From Eledone cirrhosa (taxonomy: Eukaryota), in NCBI GenBank assembly GCA_964016885.1, contig OZ024741.1, positions 390,786,001 to 390,850,000 on the forward strand: DNA of 64,000 bases. Direction: 5' to 3'. The notes under the pieces were generated by a model. It saw only the letters and a program-made list of their open reading frames with translations. It was not told the DNA's origin and made no database searches. The translations under genes and the position numbers were made by a program. Positions 40,510 through 53,874 of the stretch are shown in pieces. Within the stretch, counting starts at the first letter, position 1, and every line of letters begins with the position of its first letter.

Positions 40510-42677
40510 ATGAGTGTAGCAGTATGATGTGTAGCAGTGTGACGTGTCGCATGAGTGTAGCTGTATGACGTGTCACATGAGTGTAGCTGTATGACGTGTC
40601 GCATGAGTGTAGCTGTATGACGTGTCGCATGGGTGTAGCAGGATGACGTGTCGCATGAATGTAGCAGGATGACGTGGCGCATGAGTGTAGCTGTATGATG
40701 TGTCGCATGAGTGTAGCAGGATGACATGTCGCATGAGTGTAGCAGGATGACGTGTCGCATAAGTGCAGCTGTATGACGTGTCACATGAGTGTAGCAGGAT
40801 GACGTGTCGCATGAGTGTAGCTGTATGACGTGTCACATGAGTGTAGCTGTATGACGTGTCACATGAGTGTAGCTGTATGGCGTGTCACATGAGTGTAGCT
40901 GTATGACGTGTCACATGAGTGTAGCTGTATGACGTGTCGCATGAGTGTAGCTGTATGACGTGTCGCTTGAGTGTAGCTGTATGACGTGTCGCATGAGTGT
41001 AGCTGTATGACGTGTCGCATGAGTGTAGCTGTATGACGTGTCGCATGAGTGTAGCTGTATGATGTGTTGCATAAGTGTAGCTGTATGATGTGTTGCATAA
41101 GTGTAGCTGTATGATGTGTTGCATGAGTGTAGCTGTATGACGTGTTGCATGAGTGTTGCTGTATGACGTGTCGCATGAGTGTAGCTGTATGACGTGTTGC
41201 ATGAGCGTAGCTGTATGATGTGTTGCATAAGTGTAGCTGTATGATGTGTTACATAAGTGTAGCTGTATGACGTGTTGCATGAGTGTAGCTGTATGACGTG
41301 TTGCATGAGTGTAGCTATATGACGTGTTGCATGAGTGTAGCTGTATGACGTGTTGCATGAGTGTAGCTGTATGACGTGTTGCATAAGTGTAGCTGTATGA
41401 CGTGTTGCATGAGTGTAGCTGTATGACGTGTTGCATGAGTGTAGCTGTATGACGTGTTGCATGAGTGTAGCTGTATGACGTGTTGCATGAGTGTAGCTGT
41501 ATGACGTGTCGCATGAGTGTAGCTGTATGACGTGTCGCATGAGTGTAGCTGTATGACGTGTCGCATGAGTGTAGCTGTATGACGTGTCGCATGAGTGTAG
41601 CTGTATGACGTGTCGGATGAGTGTAGCTGTATGACGTGTCGCATGAGTGTAGCTGTATGATGTGTTGCATAAGTGTAGCTGTATGATGTGTTGCATAAGT
41701 GTAGCTGTATGACGTGTTGCATGAGTGTAGCTGTATGACGTGTCGCATGAGTGTAGCTGTATGACGTGTCGCATGAGTGTAGCTGTATGACGTGTCGCAT
41801 GAGTGTAGCTGTATGACGTGTTGCATAAGTGTAGCTGTATGACGTGTTACATAAGTGTAGCTGTATGACGTGTTGCATGAGTGTAGCTGTATGACGTGTC
41901 GCATGAGTGTAGCTGTATGACGTGTCGCATGAGTGTAGCTGTATGACGTGTTGCATGAGTGTAGCTGTATGACGTGTTGCATGAGTGTAGCTGTATGACG
42001 TGTTGCATGAGTGTAGCTGTATGACGTGTTGCATGAGTGTAGCTGTATGACGTGTTGCATGAGTGTAGCTGTATGACGTGTTGCATGAGTGTAGCTGTAT
42101 GACGTGTTGCATGAGTGTAGCTGTATGATGTGTCACATGAGTGTAGCTGTATGATGTGTCACATGAGTGTAGCTGTATGACGTGTTGCATGAGTGTAGCT
42201 GTATGACGTGTTGCATGAGTGTAGCTGTATGATGTGTTGCATAAGTGTAGCTGTATGATGTGTCGCATGAGTGTAGCTGTATGATGTGTTGCATGAGTGT
42301 AGCTGTATGACGTGTTGCATAAGTGTAGCTGTATGACGTGTCGCATGAGTGTAGCTGTATGACGTGTCGCATGAGTGTAGCTGTATGACGTGTCGCATGA
42401 GTGTAGCTGTATGACGTGTCGCATGAGTGTAGCTGTATGACGTGTCGCATGAGTGTAGCTGTATGACGTGTCGCATGAGTGTAGCTGTATGACGTGTCGC
42501 ATGAGTGTAGCTGTATGACGTGTCGCATGAGTGTAGCTGTATGACGTGTCGCATGAGTGTAGCTGTATGACGTGTCGCATGAGTGTAGCTGTATGACGTG
42601 TCGCATGAGTGTAGCTGTATGACGTGTCGCATGAGTGTAGCTGTATGACGTGTCGCATGAGTGTAGCTGTATGACGT
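40510..42677. repeat. 26 bp minisatellite, about 80 copies
   Basis: gcatgagtgtagctgtatgacgtgt(c/t) head-to-tail with no spacers. Confidence 0.98.
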
Positions 42678-43210
42678 ATTAAATGACCTTTCATAAAAGA
42701 TTTCCTAAAATGATCAAGCTATATCATTATTTTGATATGGGCTTCATACTTTCCTTACAGAATTATCTGTTGTATATTTGTCTTTGTAATTTCACTTGTG
42801 TTAAAAATGTTTGTAGTTAAAATCTGAACTGTTGACTCATATGTCAGGGGTAATTCATAAACATCTTGTCAAATAAGAAAAATGTGATGTTTAAATTTGT
42901 AGATTTGTTCAAGTCAGATTAGTATATGGGAAAACTGGCTAATGAAACTTTAACAAACATCAAAATAGATTGAGAAAGAAAAATGTTGAGAATCCATTTT
43001 CCATTTCTAGAATGGTTTTTGGAATAGGTACACCTTATACTTGCATGTCATATATGGTGTCTGAAAGGGTCTGTAGCGGGAAGGGCATCCAATTCTAAGC
43101 AAATCCTCAAAGCGGATGAAAGAGCAAATGTAAAAATGATTGTGATTATATTCAAGGAACCCATAGAATTCGTAATCACCCTCTTGTATTTATTTTTGTT
43201 TTCATTTTAG

Positions 43211-43396
43211 GGTAATGTTGTACCTACAGCTACAGGAGGCTGCAGAATGGTTTTTGATGAAGTAGAGATGGTAAAACGTGGAAATCCTGGCAATGGCAAG
43301 AAACGGCACAGCCCACCTAGCCAAAATGCTCATGGTAACAGTGAGTGGACTGATACAGATACCCGTTGTGGCTATGGTATTGATGGGCATAAGTAA
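43211..43396 (+). CDS. KIF23: KIF23 C-terminal tail exon (terminal with TAA, or spliced after 43392)
   Basis: ttttag acceptor; GNVVPTATGGCRMVFDEVEMVK...SEWTDTDTRC resembles MKLP1 GDIYKTRGGG...SEWTDVETRC; ends AAG TAA overlapping a gtaagt donor. Confidence 0.9.
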   Translation, partial: GNVVPTATGGCRMVFDEVEMVKRGNPGNGKKRHSPPSQNAHGNSEWTDTDTRCGYGIDGHK

Positions 43397-43584
43397 GTTT
43401 TAAACTCAGATTTATCCTATTGGTTACTATATTTCTAATTAGAATACAATACCTTTGTGTTTCAGTTAGATTCTAAAATTGTGAATTTAGACTGGCTTTA
43501 TAAAACATGTTATTTATAATTAATTTGTTGTTGTTTATCCCTGATCAAGTAGACCTATGATCAGACATTCCACTCATAACTGTC

Positions 43585-43830
43585 TCTTCTTTGCCCACTT
43601 ATTCCTTGGAAGGTCGAGGGAACAGAGTCTTCAAATACCCCTTCCATTGGGTTCTGTCAGAAGCAAATGTCTTCAATTGATCCAGCTAGATCCCTAAGCA
43701 AAACCAGCCTAGCTCATGGATGTTATTCAACCATCATGCTCTGGGTCTCCTGTTGGTTGGTTTTGCCCATAAAATCTGTCCAGCGATTCTTTCCAGAGTT
43801 ATTCTAACGCCATGCCTGTTGATAGCAGCC
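43585..43830 (-). mobile_element. 3' end of the old RTE family
   Basis: Similar to 11540-11790. Confidence 0.7.
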
Positions 43831-44059
43831 AACTTGCTCTCATTTCACTCCTATTTAAAAAAAAAATCAATTGACAGTTTAGTATATTTACTAAATTTTC
43901 AAGTGATTTTTTTTATTTTTTTTATTTTTTATTTTTTTTTAAAGAAAGTGGGGGTGATATGAGGGTGAGTAGGCTGCTATCACTAGCAGGTCAGCAGACA
44001 ACATAGAAGGCCCCTTGTTAAAGTGTACTTTAACTCTTAACATCCTGTAATGATGTAGC

Positions 44060-44212
44060 AGTAAATGTGGTTGGTGTTAGGAAGGGCATCCAACTGTAGA
44101 AAACCTGCCAGACAGTCCTATGCGAGCAAGACAATCACTCTTGCCTCAAGTGGGACTACCCCCGTCCAAACCCATGCAAGCGTGGAACACGGACGTTAAA
44201 CGTTGATGATGA
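44060..44212 (+). mobile_element. RTE family B extreme 3' end
   Basis: Near-identical to 59047-59200; tail followed by TA. Confidence 0.88.
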
Positions 44213-44519
44213 TATATATATAAATGGCTTCTATAGGACTAAGACGTTCATTTTTATGAAATCATCAGGAATGCCTAGTGACAGAGAGAATAGTTGATAT
44301 TTATAGGTTTCCTAGTGGTTTGGGATAGTGGTGGTGGGTGCCCTATTTTAAGGAGCAGATATCAAGTAATAGATGCTCTAATCCATTACTTGACATCTGC
44401 TCCTTAGGTGGGGTAGAGAGAATGGGTAGAAAGGAAGAGAAATCTTTAAGTAGATGGAGAATTTCAAAAGATAGGATTCTATAAATAAGTATATATATAT
44501 AAACGTTGATGATGATAGA

Positions 44520-45270
44520 AGAGTTCGGTGCAACCAACTGGCCTGTCCCTCATAGCAGTGCCATCCAGTCCAAGACTCTCAAAATGTGGTTTCATTTTGA
44601 GAAGGGTACGCCGCGTAGATAGTGCCTGGCCTCTGAAGCTGTGGTGCCACTGTGAGATGGGTTTGGTGCAGCTAACTGGCCTGTTCCTCCTCATAGTGGT
44701 GCCATCCAACGCCGGGCTTTAAAACTGTGTTTACGTTGCAAGATCCAATATCTGAACTGAAGGTCCGTTATGTGAAGGGTTCGGCATGGTCAACTGGCCT
44801 GTCCTTCCTAATGGTGGTGCCATCCAATCCCAGGCTTCCAAAATGTGGTTTTGTATTGAGAAGGGGTTCGTTGCATGGAGAGTACACGGCTCCAAAACGG
44901 GTGCCACTGTGGGAAGGGTCCGGCGGGGCCCAAATTGGCCCGTCCCTTCTCATAGTGGTGTAATCCAGTGCTGGGCTCCAAAAACTGTGTTCCTGCTGTG
45001 AGCCAGGCTCTCAAACTGTGGTTCTGCACCTATCTTATCTCATAGCGGTGTCATCCAGTACTGGGCCCTAAAAGTATGCTAACGCTGTGAAATAGGTTCG
45101 GTGCGGCCAACTGGCTTGTTAGGTTCCTTGTATCGGTGCCATCCAATACCGGGCTCCTAAACTATGGTTCCGCTGTTAGATGGATTGGGCTCCAAAATTA
45201 GGGTTCTGTTGTGAGACGGGTTTGGCGCGGCCAACTGGCCTATCCCTCCTCATAATGGAGTCATCCAGTT
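44520..45270. repeat. Diverged GC-rich tandem repeat, irregular 60-140 bp spacing
   Basis: Recurrent caactggcctgtcc...catagtggtgccatccag...ctccaaaactgtgg. Confidence 0.75.
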
Positions 45271-45382
45271 CCACAGTGTGAATGTGGTTGGTGTTAGGAA
45301 GACTTGCCTCCCAGCGTGGATGACCCGTCTAACCCATGCAAGCATGGAAGAATGGATGCTAAATGGTGATGATGATATATAT

Positions 45383-46420
45383 ATCATCATCGTTTAACAT
45401 CTATCTTCCACACTAGCATGGGTTAGATGGGTTATCCCATTTGAGGCAAGTTGGGTCTTACTCATATAGGACTGTTTCTGGCTAGATTTCTACAGCTAGA
45501 TGCCCTTCCTAATGCCAACCGCATTTACAGTGTGTGCTGGGTGCTTTCTGTTGTCACTCCTACACAACTACCATACAGTATGGGCTGGGTGTTTTTAGTC
45601 ATGACACCTACATGACCACTTTACTGAGTGCTTTTTGTCGTGACACCTACACGACCACTTTACAGTGTGGGGTGTATCAAAGTGGGTATAGTGGATTAAG
45701 AGGTGCTTACTTGAGTCTGTGCGTAAGGGAAGGCGTGTCTTCTGTATTACTGCATAACGCCAAAGATCTCGATCCTGTCATTGTCTTTGAGGGGTTCAGT
45801 TGCGCAAAGTCAGCTTTTATCACCTCGTCCAGGTCTTCCTCGGTCATCGTACTCCATAGCTTCCATCAATTTTGATCGACCTTCACCTTTTTATACTGTC
45901 GTTTTTCATAGGCTTCACATGACCATGCCAACGCAATCTCCTCCCTAATATACTGCATCTAATCCCTCTTATACCTAATTTCACACTTAGCTCATTTACA
46001 CTTTGCCATTCGTGTATATTTTACTATTACACATCCATCGGAGCCTGCATGCTTCATTTCTTTCCAATCTTCGCAGGTCCTCTGCGTACAGTGTCCAGGT
46101 CTCACTGCCATGTAACATTGCTGTTTGTATACAAGCTTCATGCAATCTGTCCTTTATTTTTAGGGAAAAACCTTTTGTAGGTAACAGCTCTCTGAACTTT
46201 CTACATCCTGTTCTTACTCTGGCTACTGTACTTTCGGAACACTCTCCTCCACTGCTAATTTTATCAGTACCATCTGGGCATTTGAAGGAGCTAGTCTCCT
46301 GTGGGCACTTGCTACTTACTGCACCTGAACATCGGCTGCATATAAAACCTACGTTCTTTGATAGCCTGCTTGTGATTCCACTACATCTTTTATGTACCCA
46401 TAGCTTGCGTTTGGAACATT
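45383..46420 (-). mobile_element. Older PHD-type RTE copy, degenerate
   Basis: Tail, 3' UTR units and decayed RT C-terminus including the WVHKRC region. Confidence 0.8.
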
Positions 46421-47048
46421 GGGGGTATTTTGTTAGATGCCTACTGGCTGTAGTAGGTTTTACTATGTATTTAGGTAAGGCGGGTCTTCTCTGTTACTGA
46501 GTACCGCCAAAGGTCTCGGTCCAGTGACATTGTCTTGGAGAGGTGTAAGTGTGTGAGGTCGGAGTTTATCAGCTCGTCCCAGGTTTTTCTAGGTCTGCCT
46601 ATTCCGTGGCTACCGTCTATCTTTATTGCCCTGCACTTTGTTATACAGCTATCGACTTTCATGCGCATCACGTGTCCATACCAACATAGCCTTCTCTCGA
46701 GTAAACAGCATCTGATCCCTCTTATTTCTAATTTTTTCCTTAGTTCGTTTATGCTTTGCCGTTCACGTATATTACTGTTACACATCCAGCGGAGCATGCA
46801 AGCTTCGTTCCTCTCTAGTCTGCGTATATCCTCTGCACACAATGCCCACGTCTCACTGCCATGCAACATTGCTGTTCGTATGCAGGCATCGTACAACCTG
46901 CCTTTCATTTTTAGGGAGAACCCTTTAGCAGCTAATAGTGGTATAAGCTCTCTGAACTTTTTCCAACCAGTTCTGACTCTAGCTACTGTACTTTCAGAGC
47001 ACCCTCCCCCACTGCTGATTTTATCACCCAGGTAACGGAAACTGTCCA
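46420..47048 (-). mobile_element. RTE family B fragment lacking a 3' tail
   Basis: ORF DSFRYLGDK...EKTRLT. Confidence 0.92.
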
Positions 47049-47400
47049 TATATATATATATATATTATATATATTATATATATATGTATATATATGTATA
47101 TATATATATTATATATATATATTATATATTATATATATATATTATATATATATTATATATATTATATATATATTATATATATTATATATATATGTATATA
47201 TATGTATATATATATTATATATATATATTATATATTATATATATATATTATATATATATTATATATATTATATATATATTATATATATTATATATATATT
47301 ATATATATTATATATATAATTTATATATATATTATATATATATTATATATATATTATATATATATTATATTATATATTATATTATATATATATTATATAT

Positions 47401-47446
<46 letters not shown>

Positions 47447-47747
47447 ATATATATATTATATATATATATATTATATATATATTATATTATATATATATTA
47501 TATATATATTATATATATATTATATTATATATATATTATATATATATTATATTATATATATATTATATATATATTATATATATATTATATTATATATATA
47601 TTATATATATATTATATATATATTATATTATATATATATTATATATATATTATATTATATATATATTATATATATATATTATATTATATATATATTATAT
47701 ATATATTATATATATATTATATATATATTATATATTATATATATATA
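47049..47747. repeat. TA array with TT interruptions
   Basis: Direct inspection. Confidence 0.95.
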
Positions 47748-48303
47748 TGAAAGTCGATAGCTGTATAACAAAGTGCAGGGCAATAAAGATAGACGGTAGC
47801 CACGGAATAGGCAGACCTAGAAAAACCTGGGATGAGCTGATAAACTCCGACCTCACACACTTACACCTCTCCAAGACAATGTCACTGGACCGAGACCTTT
47901 GGCGGTACTCAGTAACAGAGAAGACCCGCCTTGCCAGTAGGCATCTCTAACAAAATACACCCCGTCCCGCCACCACGCCCAGCCCATCCTCACCACCCCG
48001 TTCTATGTAAAGTTATGTTGGTGCCGCGCCATCCAGGCCGAAACAAATGAGATCGTGTAGGTGTCACGACAAAAAAACACACAGTCCACGCTGTAATGTG
48101 GCCGTGTAGGCAACACGGTAAAAACCTCCCAGACCCACACTGTAAATGTGGTTGGTGTTAGGAAGGGCATCCAACTGTAGAAAACCTGCCAGACAGTCCT
48201 ATGCGAGCAAGACAATCACTCTTGCCTCAGGTGGAACTACCCCCATCCAAACCCATGCAAGCGTGGAACACGGACGTTAAACGTTGATGATGATGATGAT
48301 GAT
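47748..48303 (+). mobile_element. RTE family B, 5'-truncated
   Basis: MKVDSCITKC... plus 3' UTR and (GAT)n tail. Confidence 0.92.
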
Positions 48304-48350
48304 ATATTATATATATATATATTATATATATATTATATATATATTATATA

Positions 48351-49318
48351 TCTATATATATAAAACTGTGGTTGTCTGTCTGTCTATCGATTTTTGGCAC
48401 ACATCTCCTCTTAGAATCTCTGACGGAATTGCACCGAAATTGCTATACTTGTACATTGAGCCCTAGCGAAGACATCGGAAGAAAAATATTTCAAATTGAC
48501 CCACCCTATGTGACGAAATCGAATATAATGTATCGATTTTTGAGCGTAAGTTATCAGTTATTTCCCTTTGTTCTGTTTACATTGAGCGTCTTACGTAAAA
48601 AATTACGCTGGCTTTCTCAGCGTTTAAAATGACATTAACACAATACACGAACAGTTGTCGAGCCAGCAAAATATTGACCTGCAAAATTCATCAGTTCGAA
48701 CACTAAGCTTCCGTTTTGCTTCATTTCCATTTAAAAGCATTTTAAAACAATATTTTTACTTTAAAACAAGTCTATTTAAAGACTACGTAAAACAAGCAAA
48801 TATTTCGTAAAAAAAAGCAAAAATTATATGTTTATTTAAAATATATGTATCTGTAAATTTCGTTAGGCGTGCAGACAGACAGTCGTGCAGACAGACAGTC
48901 GTGCAGAGAGGTGATATACGCGTGCAGACAGTCAGTCGTGCAGAGAGGTGATATAGGCGTGCAGAGTGGTGATATAGGCGTGCAGAGAGGTGATATAGGC
49001 GTGCAGACAGACATAACTGATAATTTGGTTACGCTAATGTTTTTCTCTGCGTTGCAGTGTTTACATTTTCGATCTTTGTTAATAAATAACCAGTGCAGTT
49101 TTTATCCCCAGCATCCTCTTTTGTTATAACATTCGGGTTATCGTTATGTTTTCTTAACTTCATAAGGCATATTGTTGGTTGAGGGAATATTAATCAAAAA
49201 CACCACATGCAAGTCTGCACAGTAGACACTACAGTTTTTAAGCCAAAAAAGAAACTTAACATTGTAACTTTAACACAGCTACTGAGCGACCCCGAGCAAT
49301 GCCGGGCTTTACTGCTAG
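48351..49318 (+). mobile_element. Non-autonomous Helitron, second copy, inside a TA array
   Basis: TC...CTAG ends, A^T target, hairpin; near-identical to 6098-6990. Confidence 0.87.
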
Positions 49319-49539
49319 TATATTATATATATATTATATATATATTATATATATATTATATATATATTATATATATATGTTATATATATATGTTATATAT
49401 ATATATTATATATATATATTATATATATATGTTATATATATATGTTATATATATATATTATATATATATATTATATATATATGTTATATATATATATTAT
49501 ATATTATATATATATATTATATATATATTATATATATAT

Positions 49540-51492
49540 TATAAGGGAAAAGGAGATGCCCTAGATAGGAGTAACTATAGAGGCATTAAATTAATCGACC
49601 AGGTCATGAAGGTCACGGAAAAAGTAATAGCGCAACTAATCAGAGAGAGAATTGATCTAGATGAAATGCAGTTCGGGTTTGTGTCAGGCAAAAGTACCAC
49701 AGACGCTCTTTTCATTGTACGACAACTACAGGAGAAGTACCTAGCTAAAAGTAAACCCCTATACTTAGCTTTCGTCGACTTGGAGAAAGCCTTCGACAGA
49801 GTCCCCCGTTCCATTATCTGGTGGTCTCTTAGAAAACTAGGTGTTGACGAATGGCTTGTGAGAGCTATACAAGCCATGTATAAAGAAACAGTCAGTAAGG
49901 TTAGAATTAACAACGAATATAGTGAAGAGTTTAGCGTAAAAGTTGGTGTCCATCAGGGCTCTGTTCTTAGCCCCCTACTATTTATTATTGCCCTTCAGGC
50001 TATAACAGAGGAGTTCAAGACCGGCTGCCCATGGGAACTCCTATACGCAGATGATCTAACGCTCATAGCTGAACTAGAGAAGAAATTCCAAACATGGAAG
50101 CACGGCCTAGAATCAAGAGGCCTTAAAATTAACCTGGCTAAGACAAAAGTTCTAGTTTGTAGGAAAGAAAATATGGCGGCAGTCCCATCTGGAAAATGGC
50201 CATGCTCAGTGTGTAGGAAAGGCGTAGGTAGAAACTCCATTTTATGTCCCAAATGCAAAGTATGGGTGCATAAAAGATGTAGTGGGATCACAGGTAAGCT
50301 AACTAAGAACATAGATTTTACATGTGGCCGGTGCTCTGGTGCAATAAGCAGCAGCAAGTGCCCACAAAATACTAGCTCCTTCAACTGCGCAGAGGGTTCT
50401 ATAGAAATAGTGGACAGCTTCCGTTACCTGGGTGACAAAATCAGCAGTGGGGGAGGGTGCTCTGAAAGTACAGTAGCTAGAGTCAGAACTGGATGGAAAA
50501 AGTTCAGTGAGCTTATACCACTATTAGCCGCTAGAGGGTTCTCCCTAACAATGAAAGGCAGGTTATACGATGCCTGCATACGAACAGCAATGCTGCATGG
50601 CAGTGAGACCTGGGCATTGTGTGCAGAGGATATACGCAGACTAGAGAGGAACGAAGCTTGCATGCTCCGCTGGATGTGCAATAGTAATATACGTGAACGG
50701 CAAAGCATAAACGAACTAAGGAAAAAATTAGAAATAAGAGGGATCAGATGTTGTTTACTCGAGAGAAGGCTACGTTGGTACGGTCACGTGATGCGCATGA
50801 AAGACGACAGCTGTATAACAAAGTGCAGGGCAATAAAGATAGACGGTAGCCACGGAGTAGGCAGACCCAGAAAAACATGGGACGAGCTGATAAATTCCGA
50901 CCTCACACGCTTACACCTCTCCAAGACAATGTCACTGGACCGAGACCTTTGGCGGTACTCAGTAATAGAGAAGACCCGCCTTACCTAAATACAAAGTAAA
51001 AACCTACTACAGTCAGTAGGCATCTCTATCAAAACACCCCCCCGTCCCACCACCTCCACCCCATCCACACCGCCCCTTTCAATGTACAGTTATGTTGGTC
51101 CCACAACATCCAGGCCGAAACAAATGAGATCGTGTAGGTGTCACGACAAAAAACACACAGTCCACGCTGTAATGTGGCCGTGTAGGCAACACGGTAAAAA
51201 CCTCCCGGCCCCACACTGTAAATGTGGTTGGCGTTAGGAAGGGCATCCAGCTGTAGAAAACCCGCCAGACAGTCCACGCTGTAATGTGGCCGTGTAGGCA
51301 ACACGGTAAAAACCTCCCAGACCCACACTGTAAATGTGGTTGGTGTTAGGAAGGGCATCCAACTGTAGAAAACCCGCCAGACAGTCCTATGCGAGCAAGA
51401 CAACCACTCTTGCTTCAAGTGGGAAAACCCCCGTCCAAACCCATGCAAGCGTGGAACACGGACGTTAAACGATGATGATGATGAGGATGATG
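49540..51492 (+). mobile_element. RTE family B, 5'-truncated, RT frame open
   Basis: YKGKGDALDRSNY...EKTRLT; duplicated 3' UTR unit; tail. Confidence 0.95.
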
Positions 51493-51677
51493 ATATTATA
51501 TATATATTATATATATATATTATATATATTATATATTTATATATTATATATTTATATATATATATATATATATATATTATATTATATATTTATATATATA
51601 TATATATATATTATATTATATATTATATTATATGTTATATTATATATTATATATATATATTATATATATATATTATA

Positions 51678-53841
51678 TCATCATCATCATCATCATCACC
51701 GTTTTACGTCCGTTCTTCCACGCTAGCATGGGTTAGACGGGTTGTCCTGTTGTGGGCAGTGTCTGGTCGGCTGACCATGCCTTGCTCATACAGGAACTGA
51801 TCTGGCTTGATTTCTACAGCTGGATGCCCTTCCTAACACCAACCTCATTTACAGTGAGTGCTGGGTGCTTTTTCGTGGCGCCTACACGTCCACTTTACAG
51901 TGTGGGCTGGGTGCTTTTTTGCCGTGGCACCTCCACGACCACCTTGCGGTGGGGGGAGTGGGGGCATATTGTTTATATGCTTCAGCATGTACCCATGGGA
52001 GGTCGGGTACCCTGTATTACTGCGTGACGCCAGAAGTCACGGTCGTGTGTCATTGACTTTGAGAGGTGTAGTTGGGTAAGGTCGGCTTTTATCACCTCAT
52101 CCCAAGTCATCTTGGGTCTCGCCACTCCGCGGTTTCCATCAACTTCTAGTGCTCTGCACCTTTTTATGCAGCTGTCATCCTTCATACGCATCACATGTCC
52201 ATACCAGCGTAACCGCCTCTCCTGCACGCAGCATTTGATTCCTCTTATGCTCAGTCTCTCTCTCAATTCCTTTATGCTTTGTCGTTCACGTATATTACTG
52301 TTACACATCCATCGGAGCATGCAGGCTTCGTTTCTCTCTAATCTACGTAAGTCTTCCACCTTCAGCGCCCAGGTGTCACTGCCATATAACATTGCTGTTT
52401 GTATACACGCATCATACAGTCTGCCTTTCATTCTGAGGGAGAAGCCTTTTGCAGCTAGCAGTGGCAGTAGCTCCCTGAACTTCTTCCATCCCGTTCTTAC
52501 CCTAGTTATTGTACTTTCTGAGCACCCACCTCCGTTGCTAATTCGGTCACCTAGGTAGCAGAAGCTGTCTACTGTTCTACAGGGCCCTCCCAGAGATTGG
52601 TGGTACTTGTTTCCTGTGGCTGTTTGCTTGCTGTTTCAGCACAGCTGCTGCATGTGAATCCTACATTCTTAATTAAGCTTCCTGAGATCCCGCTACATCT
52701 CTTGTGTACCCATTGTTTGCATTTGGGGCAGAGAATGGAGTTCCTACCTACACCTTTCCTACATACTGAGCAAGGCCATTTCCCTGAGGGGATCTGGGTT
52801 CTGTTTTCTCGTCTACTTATAAGGACCTTAGTCTTTGTCATGTTGACTTTGAGGCCCTTTCTCTCTAGTCCCTGCTTCCAGGTTTGGAATTTCTTCTCTA
52901 GTTCTACCATAGATTCAGCTATGAGTGCGAGGTCATCAGCATACAGGAGTTCCCATGGGCATCCGGTCTTAAACTCCTCCGTTATTGCCTGCAGGACTAT
53001 GATGAACAGGAGAGGGCTAAGAACAGAGCCCTGGTGGACCCCAACCTGTACGCTAAATTCCTCGCTATACTCATTGCTAATCCTAACTTTGCTGACTGCT
53101 CCCCTATACATGGCTTGTACCGCTTTCGCAAGCCATTCATCTACTCCTAGTTTTCTAAGAGCCCACCAGATTACTGCACGTGGAACTCTGTCAAAGGCTT
53201 TCTCAAGGTCGACAAATGCCAAGTAGAGTGGCTTACTTTTAGCTAGGTACTTTTCCTGTAATTGCCTCACAAGGAAGAGGGCATCAGTGGTGCCTTTCCC
53301 TGGTACAAACCCAAATTGCATCTCGTCTATATTCACCCGGTCCCTAATCAGCTGTGCTATAACTCTTTCTGTTACTTTCATGACCTGGTCCATCAACTTT
53401 ATACCTCTATAGTTTCCTCTATCTAGTGCATCGCCTTTACCTTTGTAGCAGTTGACAATGATGCTACTGCACCAATCTTTTGGTATGGCCCCCTCTAGTA
53501 TTACCTGGTTAACGATACGTGAGGTTATAGTGTGACCTACAGACCCAGATGCCTTCAGCATCTCGGCAGCTATACCCGATGGACCGGTTGCCTTCCCTAT
53601 CTTCATATCTCTGATTGCCTTACTTACTACGCTGCCGCTGACTTGTACTGCTGGTCCCTCTATAGGGTCTACGTGGGGTAGGGTCTCTTCTTCCCATGCA
53701 TTCTCCTCATTTAGTAATCTATCATAATGACTCTTCCATGCATCTTTCTTCTCAGCACTTGTGAGGGCAAGCTCACCTTTATCATTCCGGATACACTTCT
53801 CTCCAATGACATCACAACTATCTCTGACACACTGCCTCGCA

Positions 53842-53843
<2 letters not shown>
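51678..53843 (-). mobile_element. RTE family C, 5'-truncated, 1 bp frameshift near 52575
   Basis: Near-identical to 61806-63970; actgttctac vs actgtttctac. Confidence 0.95.

Positions 53844-53874
<31 letters not shown>

Noticed and set aside
40391-42694. Repeat-protein ORFs or a CRISPR array
   Set aside because: Head-to-tail 26 bp units with no unique spacers and no cas genes; ORFs are by-products of the repeat
49207-50988. 593 aa fusion protein
   Set aside because: Chance in-frame read from a Helitron end through a TA array into a truncated RT; frame depends on unstable array length
52112-53226. Recurrent antisense ORFs in LINE copies
   Set aside because: Shadows of the RT frame; they recur only because the copies are near-identical
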